From contig JAHPZJ010000023.1 in NCBI GenBank assembly GCA_019058245.1, forward strand, positions 34,028 to 98,027: a stretch of DNA of 64,000 nt, read 5' to 3'. The first letter of the stretch is position 1. Each line of letters begins with the position of its first letter. Positions 50,650 through 60,917 of this stretch are shown piece by piece. Below the pieces are notes generated by a model. That model made no database searches. It was given only the letters and a program-made list of their open reading frames with translations, and was not told the DNA's origin. Source of the DNA: Promethearchaeota archaeon (GTDB lineage Archaea; Asgardarchaeota; Lokiarchaeia; Sigyniarchaeales; SOKP01). A program made the position numbers and the translations under genes.

Positions 50650-52551
50650 ATGATTGCAAAATATGAAAATGTGGACTTGGTTGAAGAGGAAGTTAAAATT
50701 CTTAATGGTATGGAAAGGATTTTCGGAGTATCGATACCTCATATTGATAAGATAGCTTGGGATGATTATAGAATTGATGAACAAACACATCATGTAGAAA
50801 CTTTTAAACAACATCAATTTGGATTTATTGCACAAGATAATCATGTAATCGAATTAGGTTTAAGCTTCAACAGTACAAATGAAAGAAAAATTCAGATACC
50901 TGAATTTATGCCAAAATTATCAGAATTTAAAATGCTTAAAGCTTTGGATATAAATGGATGGGAAAAAGTCTTTGCAGATTATATTAATGAATTAAATAGA
51001 AGACAGGAAGATTTTTGGAAGTCTACGCGTGCAATGTATCGCTCAATAGAGGAAAGACGAGCGGCAGAGACTAAAGCACGGCAAGCCTTAAATCAACCGA
51101 TTATCGGATTAAACTTTAGAGATGTTTCCCTTCAGCTAAATTTATTACCCGAAATTGAATATCTTGATGTATCACAATGTATGTTAGAATATGTAGAATT
51201 TATAAAACCATTGATTAACCTAAAGTATTTAGATGTATCTTATAATAAAATCACTAAATTTAGCACAGGATCAGAAGAAATTGATAAACTTGAAACTTTA
51301 ATAATAAATAATAATCCGCTGGAGGTTTTTCCTGAAGAATTAACAAAAGTACAAACTCTAAAAAAGTTAAATTTATCCGAAACTAACATTAAGGAAATTC
51401 CTGAATTTCTTGATGAATTGAAATATCTTGAGGAACTTGAGCTTCCTTTACAAATCGTCGGATTTCCTCAATCTATAATTCATTTAAAAAATCTTAGACT
51501 TTTAGTAACAAATTTATTTCCCGAACATTTCAAAAAATTAACAAATTTGAGAACTTTAATTATCAGTTCATCTAAAAATGAAAGAATATCAGATGCTTTA
51601 ACAGAATTAACATCTTTGAAAGAACTGGTTATTAATAATTGCCGTTCATTAAAGCAATTACCAGAGAATATTGGAAATTTTCAAAATTTAGAATCTTTAA
51701 TAATAACAGGAAATTTATCATTAGAATCCTTACCAGAATCACTTTTTAATCTATCAAATCTTCGGACACTTAATTTATATAATAATAATCTTAAATCATT
51801 TCCAGATAAATTAGAAAAACTGCCCTCATTAGAAATATTAACATTATCTAATAACCAGTTGCATTATTTACCATATTCTGTATTTAAATTGACTAATTTA
51901 ATTGATTTTACCATTGAAAACAATCCGCTTGAATTAAATGATAAATTAATTTCAGCTAAAACTCTTCCTGAGATAAAAGAATATGGAAAAAAGAAAATGG
52001 CGATAAATGTTTTTATCAGCCATGCTGTCGCTGATTATGAGCCTTGTCGTTTAAATGAATTAAGTCTATTTTTAGAAAATCAATTAGAAGTTAATATCGC
52101 GTATATTTGTGAACGTGATTTAAGTGGAAATATTGATGGATTTATGGATAAGAATATTCCTGATTCACAAATAGTACTTTTTATTGCAACATCAAATTCT
52201 GTTAATTCCGTCGATTGTCAATATGAATTGAAATTGTCTAGAGAATATAATGTGCAAGTAATTCCTATAAAAGAAAAAGAACTTGATTGGGAAGATCTTT
52301 CTAAAATTGGTTTAAATCGTGAATTAGGAATTGAATGTGACTTTAGGAATGAAGAACAATTTACTAAATTTTGTGAAGACCTTTATACATATATAAAGAA
52401 ATTAAAGCGTCAAATTGATCTCCATGATAAAGAACAAGGTAAGATTGACCGATTAACAATGGGCCTAAAAGTAGCTGAAAGAAAAATTGAAATGTTAGAA
52501 AAAAGTTTAGAAGATCTTAAAAATCAAATGAAGACACTAGGAGGAAAATAA
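50650..52551 (+). CDS. LRR-TIR-coiled-coil protein
   Basis: About 12 LRRs, then a TIR domain (VFISH...IVLFIAT..S..SVDCQYE...VIPI) and a heptad-rich C-terminus. Confidence 0.85.
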   Translation: MIAKYENVDLVEEEVKILNGMERIFGVSIPHIDKIAWDDYRIDEQTHHVETFKQHQFGFIAQDNHVIELGLSFNSTNERKIQIPEFMPKLSEFKMLKALDINGWEKVFADYINELNRRQEDFWKSTRAMYRSIEERRAAETKARQALNQPIIGLNFRDVSLQLNLLPEIEYLDVSQCMLEYVEFIKPLINLKYLDVSYNKITKFSTGSEEIDKLETLIINNNPLEVFPEELTKVQTLKKLNLSETNIKEIPEFLDELKYLEELELPLQIVGFPQSIIHLKNLRLLVTNLFPEHFKKLTNLRTLIISSSKNERISDALTELTSLKELVINNCRSLKQLPENIGNFQNLESLIITGNLSLESLPESLFNLSNLRTLNLYNNNLKSFPDKLEKLPSLEILTLSNNQLHYLPYSVFKLTNLIDFTIENNPLELNDKLISAKTLPEIKEYGKKKMAINVFISHAVADYEPCRLNELSLFLENQLEVNIAYICERDLSGNIDGFMDKNIPDSQIVLFIATSNSVNSVDCQYELKLSREYNVQVIPIKEKELDWEDLSKIGLNRELGIECDFRNEEQFTKFCEDLYTYIKKLKRQIDLHDKEQGKIDRLTMGLKVAERKIEMLEKSLEDLKNQMKTLGGK

Positions 52552-52851
52552 TATTCATATCTAATTTTTTATTTTAATCTGCTATCGTTTAACAATAGAA
52601 TACCAAATAAGAATTGATATATTAACCAAGTATGAAAATATAAAAAGTTCGTACTAAGCAAAGTTTTTACTATAATCGAGTGGTTTCTTAAAAAATCATC
52701 TTTTTTTATTTTTTTTACAGTAATACAAATCTTATTGAAAAAATAAAAAAAGTCCTAAAATTTATGTAAAAATATTTTTAATTGGAATAGTAAATAAATT
52801 ATTCGTGATAAAAATATACTATAAATTTCTAAAGTTTCAAATTGATCAAAA

Positions 52852-53694
52852 ATGACAAGTTTAGATTTAGACATAATAGGTAAAGAAACAGAAGAGAGAG
52901 TTCGTAAATATACTTGGAAAGATGTAATTTTATATAATTTAGGGATTGGTGCTCAACCCGATGAATTAAAATTTGTTTATGAAAGATATCCTGGAGGTGT
53001 ACAGGTTTTTCCTAGTTATGCTTGCATTGTTGGAGGAGGTGGATTTCCAAGATTTAGTAAAAAAGGAATCGATGGTGCCCGTTTTATTCATGGAGAACAG
53101 ATGATCAAACTCTATAAACCTTTTCCCTCAGAAGGAGAGATTAAGGTCAAAGGAGTATGCGAAAACATGTTTGATAAAGGAAAAGCCGCAGTTATTCATA
53201 CAAGAATTTCTGGAAGAACTATAGAGGGTGAACAGATTTTTGATACAAAATATGTTCACTTCTATATTGGAGAAGGTGGATGGGGTGGAGATCGTGGTCC
53301 AAAGGCGGAAACTCTAGATCCTCCTGAAGGCAAAGATCCTAATTTTAGTATAACTTATAAAACTAATATAAATCAAGCAGCATTATATAGATTAAGTGGT
53401 GATTATAACCCTTTACATATAGATCCTACTTTTGCAAAAAGAAGTGGAAAATTTGACCGACCAATTCTACATGGATTATGCACATATGGTCATGCGACTC
53501 GTGCTATAGTATATGGTTTATGTGAAGGTGATGTTTCTCGATTTAGAGAATTTAATGCAAGATTTACGAGTGAGGTTTATCCTGGAGAAGCCCTAACTAC
53601 TGAAGGTTGGAAAGAAAACGGACGCTATATAATTCAAGTACGATCTGAGCGAGGGACTGTAGTTCTGGGAAATGCTTATGCTATTATAGATTAA
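52852..53694 (+). CDS. Double hot-dog (R)-enoyl-CoA hydratase 2, paralog
   Basis: YRLSGDYNPLHIDP...ILHGLC. Confidence 0.92.
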   Translation: MTSLDLDIIGKETEERVRKYTWKDVILYNLGIGAQPDELKFVYERYPGGVQVFPSYACIVGGGGFPRFSKKGIDGARFIHGEQMIKLYKPFPSEGEIKVKGVCENMFDKGKAAVIHTRISGRTIEGEQIFDTKYVHFYIGEGGWGGDRGPKAETLDPPEGKDPNFSITYKTNINQAALYRLSGDYNPLHIDPTFAKRSGKFDRPILHGLCTYGHATRAIVYGLCEGDVSRFREFNARFTSEVYPGEALTTEGWKENGRYIIQVRSERGTVVLGNAYAIID

Positions 53695-53835
53695 TTTAGA
53701 TAATAATCACTCTCTAAATTTCTTTTTTTTATAAAATATAATTTGGAAAATTTTGAAAACCTGAAAATATTTATTCAATTACTATAATGCAACATTAAAT
53801 TCTTTATATTTTAAATAAAAAAGTGAAAATGAAAT

Positions 53836-55167
53836 ATGAAAGATGCAAAAGAAGTATATTTAGTAGACCATGTAAGAACTCCTTTTTCTCAAGCTAATCC
53901 TCTAAATCCAGATGATGACGTTTTTAGTAAGAAATGGGGTACCGAACTTGCGGCTCATGTTTTAGTGGATATGTTTGATAAAAGATTACCAAATAATGGC
54001 AGTACACTCAAACGTGAGAATGTCAGTGAGTTTTTAGTTGGCTGTTCTTTATTACAACATGAACACGGTACATATGGGGGTAGAATTCCTATATTTATGG
54101 CAAAATTTCCTTTCCATGTACCTGCAACGGTATTTGATAAACAAGACGCTTCTGGTATGACAACTTTACATGTTGGATTTGCAAATATTTCATTGGGTTA
54201 TTCTGATGTTGTAGTTTCTGTGGGTTTTGAACAATTTACTCGAGTATCATTACACACTTATAATGGAAAAGTAAAAGTATTTGGGATCCCTCCTGATAAT
54301 TTGATGCTTGATCCAGAGAATAAATGGTATAATGATGATTTATATGAGTGGAAAACTAGTCGGTCATTATTTCAGGCAGCACAGAAACTTGCTGAGGAAG
54401 AAGCAGATCTTTTTACTAAAGATGATTTGGATATATTTAGTGCACGAAGTCATAAGCTAGCAGAGAAAGCTCAGGAAAACGGATATTTCAATCAAGAGAT
54501 TATGAGTATTAAAGGTCACATAGTAGGAGATCCTAATAATGAAATTGAGATTGAAAAAGATCAATCGATTAAAAAAGCAGTTACTTTAGACAACATTGTT
54601 AATACGCCCGTTATAAGTACTCCTGGATGGTCAGGTGGTTATGAAAATCCTGTATTCACAAAAGATGAATATCTCACAAAATTCGGTACAGATAAAGGTA
54701 TTATAACTGCGGGCAATAGCGCTCCATTGGGTGATGGAGCTTCACTTTGTTTGTTAACATCTATAGAAGCACTAAAAGAATACAATTTAAAACCCATGTC
54801 AAAAGTCGTTTCGATTGGTTTTGCAGGGGTAGATCCAACTGTACGTGGACGAGGAGTGGTACCGGCAGCTCAAATGGCTTTAAAGCATGCAAATTTAAAA
54901 GTGGATGATATAGATTATTGGGAAATTAACGAGTCATTTAGTATCGTCGCTCTTAATGCTGCAAATAAATTAGGGATTGATTGGGAAAATAAGATGAATA
55001 TTCATGGAGGAGCGATAGCAATCGGCAATCCAGCATCCGCTACAGGACTGAGAATCACGGCAACATTAACCAGAATTCTTAAGGAGAAAAATGCAAAATA
55101 TGGACTAGCTGCAATATCGTGTGGTGGTGGTCAGGGAACGGCTGTGGTAATTGAAAATTTAGATTAA
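53836..55167 (+). CDS. Thiolase-like protein with substituted catalytic residues
   Basis: KQDAS in place of xxCGS and GNPAS in place of GHP; SCGGGQG retained. Confidence 0.88.
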   Translation: MKDAKEVYLVDHVRTPFSQANPLNPDDDVFSKKWGTELAAHVLVDMFDKRLPNNGSTLKRENVSEFLVGCSLLQHEHGTYGGRIPIFMAKFPFHVPATVFDKQDASGMTTLHVGFANISLGYSDVVVSVGFEQFTRVSLHTYNGKVKVFGIPPDNLMLDPENKWYNDDLYEWKTSRSLFQAAQKLAEEEADLFTKDDLDIFSARSHKLAEKAQENGYFNQEIMSIKGHIVGDPNNEIEIEKDQSIKKAVTLDNIVNTPVISTPGWSGGYENPVFTKDEYLTKFGTDKGIITAGNSAPLGDGASLCLLTSIEALKEYNLKPMSKVVSIGFAGVDPTVRGRGVVPAAQMALKHANLKVDDIDYWEINESFSIVALNAANKLGIDWENKMNIHGGAIAIGNPASATGLRITATLTRILKEKNAKYGLAAISCGGGQGTAVVIENLD

Positions 55168-55213
55168 TTAAACAAAATATAAATTTAAAATAATAAAAAG
55201 AGGTTTAAAAAGA

Positions 55214-56518
55214 ATGAAATTAAGAGAAGTATATATTACAGATTATATTAGAACACCGTTTTCAAGATCTCGACCAAGAGAGCCACCAAGAGATGTTTTT
55301 GGAAATTTACGTCCAGATGAATTAACAGCATTAACATTAACAGAAATGTTTGATAATCGATTAAAAGGTAAAGTCAAACCTGAAGATGTAGAGGAGTTTT
55401 ATATTGGAGCTACTCATTTTAATCATGAATACGTAACCTTTGGAGGACGATATCCCATATTTTTAGCGAAATTTCCAGTAAAAGTATCATCTATCGCATT
55501 AGATAGAGCATGTGGTTCAGGAATGACAGCTGCTTCTATAGCATATGATAATATTGCTTTAGGTTATTCTGATGTTGCTATAGCCTCTGGGAAAAATAAT
55601 GCTACTATGTCAAGATCAAAAGCTCCTACGGTAAGAGAACCATCTCCAGCCTTGTTGAAAGGACATGAGTTTTTTGTTGATGATGTTGTTGACTTCCGTT
55701 GCGCGTATTCAATGTTAGAAACTGCACAAAAACTCCATGAAATGAATGTTGATGTTTTTTCAAAAGAGGATAATGATAGATTTGCAGTTCGTAGCCATCA
55801 ATTAGCCGCAAAAGCTTTAGAAGAAGGATTCTTCAAGAGTGAAATAGTACCAATAATGGGACATGTAGAAGGTGATATAGATACTCCATTATTAATCGAA
55901 CATGATACATCAATTAGAAAAAATGCCACATACGAGGGTACAAAAGATTTAAGGGGATTGACAACTCCTGGTTGGGCTGGTGGATACTATAGACCACTCC
56001 TGACAAAAGAAGAATATATTGAAAAATTTGATACAGACCAAGGTTTGGTTACTGCGGGAAATTCATGTCCTATAAATGCAGGAGCCGCAACCTTGTTATT
56101 GATGTCTGAAGATGCTATGAAGAAATATGATCTAGATCCATTAGCTCGTATTGTTTCTATTGGATTTGGAGCCGTAGATCCTACAGTTATGGGGAGAGGT
56201 CCAGTTCCTGCATCATGGATGGCATTAAAACATGCAGGATTTACCACTGATGACATTGCTTATTTTGAAATTAATGAAGCCTTTGCTATTGTTGCTCTTA
56301 ATTGGATACATGAGATGGGATTAGATGACAGACTTGATGATATAAATGTTAAAGGGGGTAGTATTGCCATAGGACATCCAATTGCAGCAACAGGCCCCAG
56401 GATTGTTGGTACTTTAGCAAGAATCTTAAAAGAAAAGAAAGCTCAATATGGTCTTGCTACGATGTGTTGTGGTGGTGGTCAGGGAACCGCAATGATTATT
56501 GAAAATAAAAATATCTAA
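55214..56518 (+). CDS. Acetyl-CoA C-acyltransferase (thiolase)
   Basis: RACGS, NEAF, GHPIA, CCGGGQG. Confidence 0.93.
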   Translation: MKLREVYITDYIRTPFSRSRPREPPRDVFGNLRPDELTALTLTEMFDNRLKGKVKPEDVEEFYIGATHFNHEYVTFGGRYPIFLAKFPVKVSSIALDRACGSGMTAASIAYDNIALGYSDVAIASGKNNATMSRSKAPTVREPSPALLKGHEFFVDDVVDFRCAYSMLETAQKLHEMNVDVFSKEDNDRFAVRSHQLAAKALEEGFFKSEIVPIMGHVEGDIDTPLLIEHDTSIRKNATYEGTKDLRGLTTPGWAGGYYRPLLTKEEYIEKFDTDQGLVTAGNSCPINAGAATLLLMSEDAMKKYDLDPLARIVSIGFGAVDPTVMGRGPVPASWMALKHAGFTTDDIAYFEINEAFAIVALNWIHEMGLDDRLDDINVKGGSIAIGHPIAATGPRIVGTLARILKEKKAQYGLATMCCGGGQGTAMIIENKNI

Positions 56519-56529
56519 TTATTAGTTTT

Positions 56530-57669
56530 TTATTTTTTTTCTGGAAACATTCTTACCATTCTTGGTCCTTCGACAAGAGATATTGCATTTTCAGGACAGA
56601 AATATGCGCAAACACCACATCCAACACAATATTCTTCATTCCGCTCAGCTATGTTATCATCATTTAATTCAATAGCTTGATTATGACACTTTTCAACACA
56701 TGTACCACAACCTATGCATAAATCAGGATCTATTTCTGCTAAGTAATTAGTAGCGTTAACTGTGGGAAATATCATGCCCTGTCTTGAATTTAAACAACAA
56801 CAACTGCAACAATTACAAACTGCTACCTCCTCTTTGCTAGTATCACCGTGTAAATGATACGCTTTATGAACTAATCCCGCTTCCTCACATTGTTTTAATA
56901 TTTTTAAAGCTTCTTCCTTTGATACTAATTTTGAAAATCCATGATTTGAAGTATGTCTTGCGGATTTACCTAAAGTAAAACAACTTGGTATGAGAGCTAT
57001 TTGTTTACATGGATTGCCTATAAACTCAGCATGTTGTCTACAAAAACAATGTCCTACAGCAATATCATCATATTTTTCAATTAATTCCTCAATTTTTTGG
57101 GTTGGTAATATCTGTTCTTCAGGTACTTCCAATTCTTCATTTACAATGATATTCAGTTCCTCACCTGTCTCTCGATTCTCCCGAATTGGAACTGTTCTGT
57201 CTATTGGAGGTATAGCTTTTAGTGCTGACTTAAATCTTTCTCGGTTTGATTGAACAAGCGTATTATTCTCTTCATGAAATTTTTCAAACAGTTTTGCTAG
57301 CTGATCATTCTCCTCTGTTTTATCAAGTTTTTTCATAAAGTTATATTCAAACTGTCTAGCAATTGGTAACAATCGATAAACCATTACACCATTACGATTT
57401 GGTTGATTAAATATCACCCCTCTCTTTGCTAGATTGTCTACTTTTTTTAATATTTCTTCCTCAGATAATCCGCTACTTTTTAGTAATTGTTCCATTGTCT
57501 GTGAAATACTATTCTCAAAAGCCATCACAAGATCTAAGTCTTGTTCTTTAATATTAAACTTTAATATGTCAATTACAGTGTTTGAAATTGGATATTGTAA
57601 GTTTCCTGCCTTATTTAATATATTAGCAGCTTTTTGATATTGTTCATCACTCTCAGTCATAATATTCAT
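56530..57669 (-). CDS. Fe-S protein with a wHTH-like N-terminus, Cys-rich core and 2x[4Fe-4S] C-terminus
   Basis: CFCR, CNCCSCCC, CIGCGTCVEKC, CVGCGVCAYFCP. Confidence 0.85.
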   Translation of the reverse strand: MNIMTESDEQYQKAANILNKAGNLQYPISNTVIDILKFNIKEQDLDLVMAFENSISQTMEQLLKSSGLSEEEILKKVDNLAKRGVIFNQPNRNGVMVYRLLPIARQFEYNFMKKLDKTEENDQLAKLFEKFHEENNTLVQSNRERFKSALKAIPPIDRTVPIRENRETGEELNIIVNEELEVPEEQILPTQKIEELIEKYDDIAVGHCFCRQHAEFIGNPCKQIALIPSCFTLGKSARHTSNHGFSKLVSKEEALKILKQCEEAGLVHKAYHLHGDTSKEEVAVCNCCSCCCLNSRQGMIFPTVNATNYLAEIDPDLCIGCGTCVEKCHNQAIELNDDNIAERNEEYCVGCGVCAYFCPENAISLVEGPRMVRMFPEKK

Positions 57670-57942
57670 CCCAATTTAATTAAATTGTTTTTGGTTTTTT
57701 TTTTCTATTAGTTATTATAAATTAATTTTTTCCAATATTTTCTAAAATAATTTGAATATATATAAATATTAAGGAAAAAAGAAATAGATTGCTATTACTC
57801 ATTGAAATTCTAAAATCTTTTTTCTTTAACATAAATTTAAATTTATCATCTAGGTTATTTATATATCTGATTTATCTAATGAAGCGATTTTTATTAGATA
57901 TCATAAATTTTACATATTCTTTAATTTATCTGTGATTAAAAT

Positions 57943-60795
57943 ATGGAAGTCTTTTTAAAAAGAGCTGAACGTTCTTTTAAGGAAAAGTTAGGTGAAGAAA
58001 AAACAATTACTATTTTAAATAATATAAAAAAGGTCACCAACGAGATACCTGCTAAATTTAGAAGAGTTATTGGTTCAGAAATCCCAAAATTTTTATTCAA
58101 TTACTCACAAGAGATTGAAAATATATCACCAGCTATTACTGAGGGTGTTTTGAATCATATTTTTATATTTGCTAAGTCACTAAAAGATCTTGCAAATAAG
58201 GAGAGAAACCAAGTAAATCAGATGCTAATAAAAAGAAGTAATAATTCTATGAGAAACCTTTCTGATTTATTAAATAACTTTGTTGAAAAAGCCAAAAATG
58301 GAGCGATAATAGAAAATCTCGAATCTTTTGAAGACATTTTGACATATATGGTGGGTGGTGTAGTGGAAGTTACCCAATTGAGTGATGTTGAATTATTTAT
58401 TAAACGTGCTGAAAGAAATTTTTCAGACAAATTAGGAAATGATAAGTCTCAAGAATACTCTATCGAAATTATGAATGCATTCGAAGAAATAGATGAAGTT
58501 CATCGAGATTATATGAGTTCTGAAATATCAAAACATTTGTTTACAATTTCTCAACATCTTGATAACTTAAATAATAAAACTTTAGATAATATATTAACAA
58601 ATGTTTTAAAATTTTCAACTTCAATTACAAATTTAGAAGGAAAGAATAGAGATCAAATTAATCAAGAAATACGAAAAAGAAGTGAGAATAAATTAGGATC
58701 TTTATTAGATTTATTTAAAACTTGTATTGAAGCAGCTAAAGAAAATAATATTCTAGATCCTGAAATAAATTTCGAAGATATATTAACTCATTTTTTTGGA
58801 GAAGAGGAGGATCGAGTTCAATTTACAGATGTAGAAGCATTTTTAAAAAGAGCAGAAAAAAAATATACTCTCATTCTTGGAGAAGATATGATTCACATGT
58901 TAATGGAGGAGTTATTGGATGCAATTAATCAAATACCAGAACAGCATAGAGAGTATCTTGGTTCGGATTTAGCTAAATATATATTCAAATTTTCAGAAAC
59001 TGCTTCTTATCATGAGCCTGAAAAAGTAGAATTAGTATTCAATGGAGCAATCATGTTTGCTAATTCTTTAATAGATGTCGGTGACTTAAATAAAGCAGAA
59101 ATGAATCAATTTATTATAAATAGATCCAACCATAAAGTTCGTGGGTTATTTGATTTATATTTAGAATTTCTGAAGAAAATTGAAATCCGTATGCCTTTTT
59201 CTTTAGAACCCAATTTTGATGAAATACTTGATCATACCTTAGGAAAATATAGTGGACCTAAAGTATTGGAAAAAGGAGGATTAATTCATGATTTGTTATC
59301 TGATCTTCATGAAGAAATTCCATTAGCAATTAAGCACTCAAATTGGGCTAAAGCATTAATTGAAATAATCCCTCGCTATTTAGATATACTCCCAAAAACC
59401 GAAGGAGATCGCATATTAGATTTATTATGGGAAAATAAATTGCCTGAGGAACAAATTGTCGAGAAATATAGATCCAAAATTTTAGAAATGCCAAGAGAAA
59501 AAGAAAAAACGTTCATGTTCAGATTAATGAATATGTTGACAAATCAAATTTTGGTTGATGAGCAGAATGATAAAATAATAGCAGGAGCTTTAGCTCTTAG
59601 AATCCTAGGTGGTATATTTGTAGAGATTTTTGGAGGTCGAAATGCTCAAATAAGATCAATACGGCTTAATCAATTATTAAAAGATAGAAAAGTTTCGAAT
59701 CTTGAGAATAAAAAGAAAATAGATGAACATATCAATACAATACTAGATGAAGATTTAAAAGCGATTCAAAAGAGAACTATGACAATTAATACTATTATCC
59801 CTATTTTAAGCAAGAAAAGATATTTCATTAAGACCTATGATATTGTTACAAAAGATTTTCCTGAGTTTATTGATAAAATGATAACTGTTAGAGAAGAAGA
59901 TCGATTAAAAGATATTGGTGAGGAGTATAAAAAAGCGAGTGTTTCAGGTGATTTAATCCCATTAGTAAATAATTTTTTAATGGAACTTGATTTAGCAGTA
60001 AGATTTTATAAAAGATATTTTGAAGAGATGTATTCAATAGCGACAGATGCTCAAAAAAACATGCTGACAATTAGAAATTTCTTCAAGTCATTATTGGAAC
60101 TAAGTGACAACATGAATGCAATTGAATTTTTTGAGAGACCTATTGCAAATACAGAGCATACAATTTATATATCATTATTAAAGTATTTGTATGATTGTTT
60201 ACCAGATGTTCTTAGTATAACTAGAACTATTCTCGACGAACAGGAATACCAAAAGAAAATAATGAAATTGGATACTTATTTGAGTAATTGGAAATTAGAG
60301 CAATTAAATTTAGAGATTAAAGAAACTGAAGATAAAATAAAAGAATATGAACTGATAGGAGATTTTGATACGTCTGATAAAATTAGGAATTTAACAAAAT
60401 TTCTTAATAGAGATAAAAATGAATTAAAATTCTATGATATTATGTTTAAGCTTCTTAAAGATTCTGAAAAAGCTAATGAGATCCTCGAGGATAGACTAAT
60501 TTTCTCTAAAAATTTATTGAAATTTTCTAATATATTGAAAAATATTCATCCAAATCTCCCAGCAGCATTATCAGATTATCTAAATAATATAAATGAATTC
60601 AATCAAGAAATAGATAAAATTGTGGAAGAATTAAAAAAGAAGAGTGCTTCAGGTATTTTATCTCCTTTTGAGTTTAGAGAACGAAGCGATGATGCAGAAA
60701 TAGCTAAGAAAGAGCTTTCCTCTCTCTGTATGAATGATGACTTCTTGATCCACACTAAAAACATGGTAGAAGTTTCAGAAAAGACTATATTGTAA
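57943..60795 (+). CDS. Large all-helical hypothetical protein with three ~148-aa N-terminal repeats
   Basis: E.F(L/I)KRAE...LG...(I/L).K..F..S...N..I..RS...F..IL appears three times. Confidence 0.8.
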   Translation: MEVFLKRAERSFKEKLGEEKTITILNNIKKVTNEIPAKFRRVIGSEIPKFLFNYSQEIENISPAITEGVLNHIFIFAKSLKDLANKERNQVNQMLIKRSNNSMRNLSDLLNNFVEKAKNGAIIENLESFEDILTYMVGGVVEVTQLSDVELFIKRAERNFSDKLGNDKSQEYSIEIMNAFEEIDEVHRDYMSSEISKHLFTISQHLDNLNNKTLDNILTNVLKFSTSITNLEGKNRDQINQEIRKRSENKLGSLLDLFKTCIEAAKENNILDPEINFEDILTHFFGEEEDRVQFTDVEAFLKRAEKKYTLILGEDMIHMLMEELLDAINQIPEQHREYLGSDLAKYIFKFSETASYHEPEKVELVFNGAIMFANSLIDVGDLNKAEMNQFIINRSNHKVRGLFDLYLEFLKKIEIRMPFSLEPNFDEILDHTLGKYSGPKVLEKGGLIHDLLSDLHEEIPLAIKHSNWAKALIEIIPRYLDILPKTEGDRILDLLWENKLPEEQIVEKYRSKILEMPREKEKTFMFRLMNMLTNQILVDEQNDKIIAGALALRILGGIFVEIFGGRNAQIRSIRLNQLLKDRKVSNLENKKKIDEHINTILDEDLKAIQKRTMTINTIIPILSKKRYFIKTYDIVTKDFPEFIDKMITVREEDRLKDIGEEYKKASVSGDLIPLVNNFLMELDLAVRFYKRYFEEMYSIATDAQKNMLTIRNFFKSLLELSDNMNAIEFFERPIANTEHTIYISLLKYLYDCLPDVLSITRTILDEQEYQKKIMKLDTYLSNWKLEQLNLEIKETEDKIKEYELIGDFDTSDKIRNLTKFLNRDKNELKFYDIMFKLLKDSEKANEILEDRLIFSKNLLKFSNILKNIHPNLPAALSDYLNNINEFNQEIDKIVEELKKKSASGILSPFEFRERSDDAEIAKKELSSLCMNDDFLIHTKNMVEVSEKTIL

Positions 60796-60917
60796 ATAAA
60801 AGAAGTCTTATCAAAAAAAAAAAGATTGAAGCAAGATCTTAACTTATATTAAAGATATTTTTAATAATTAATCAAATTTTTATCAATTAACAAAATATAA
60901 TAAATGAGGATAAAAAT

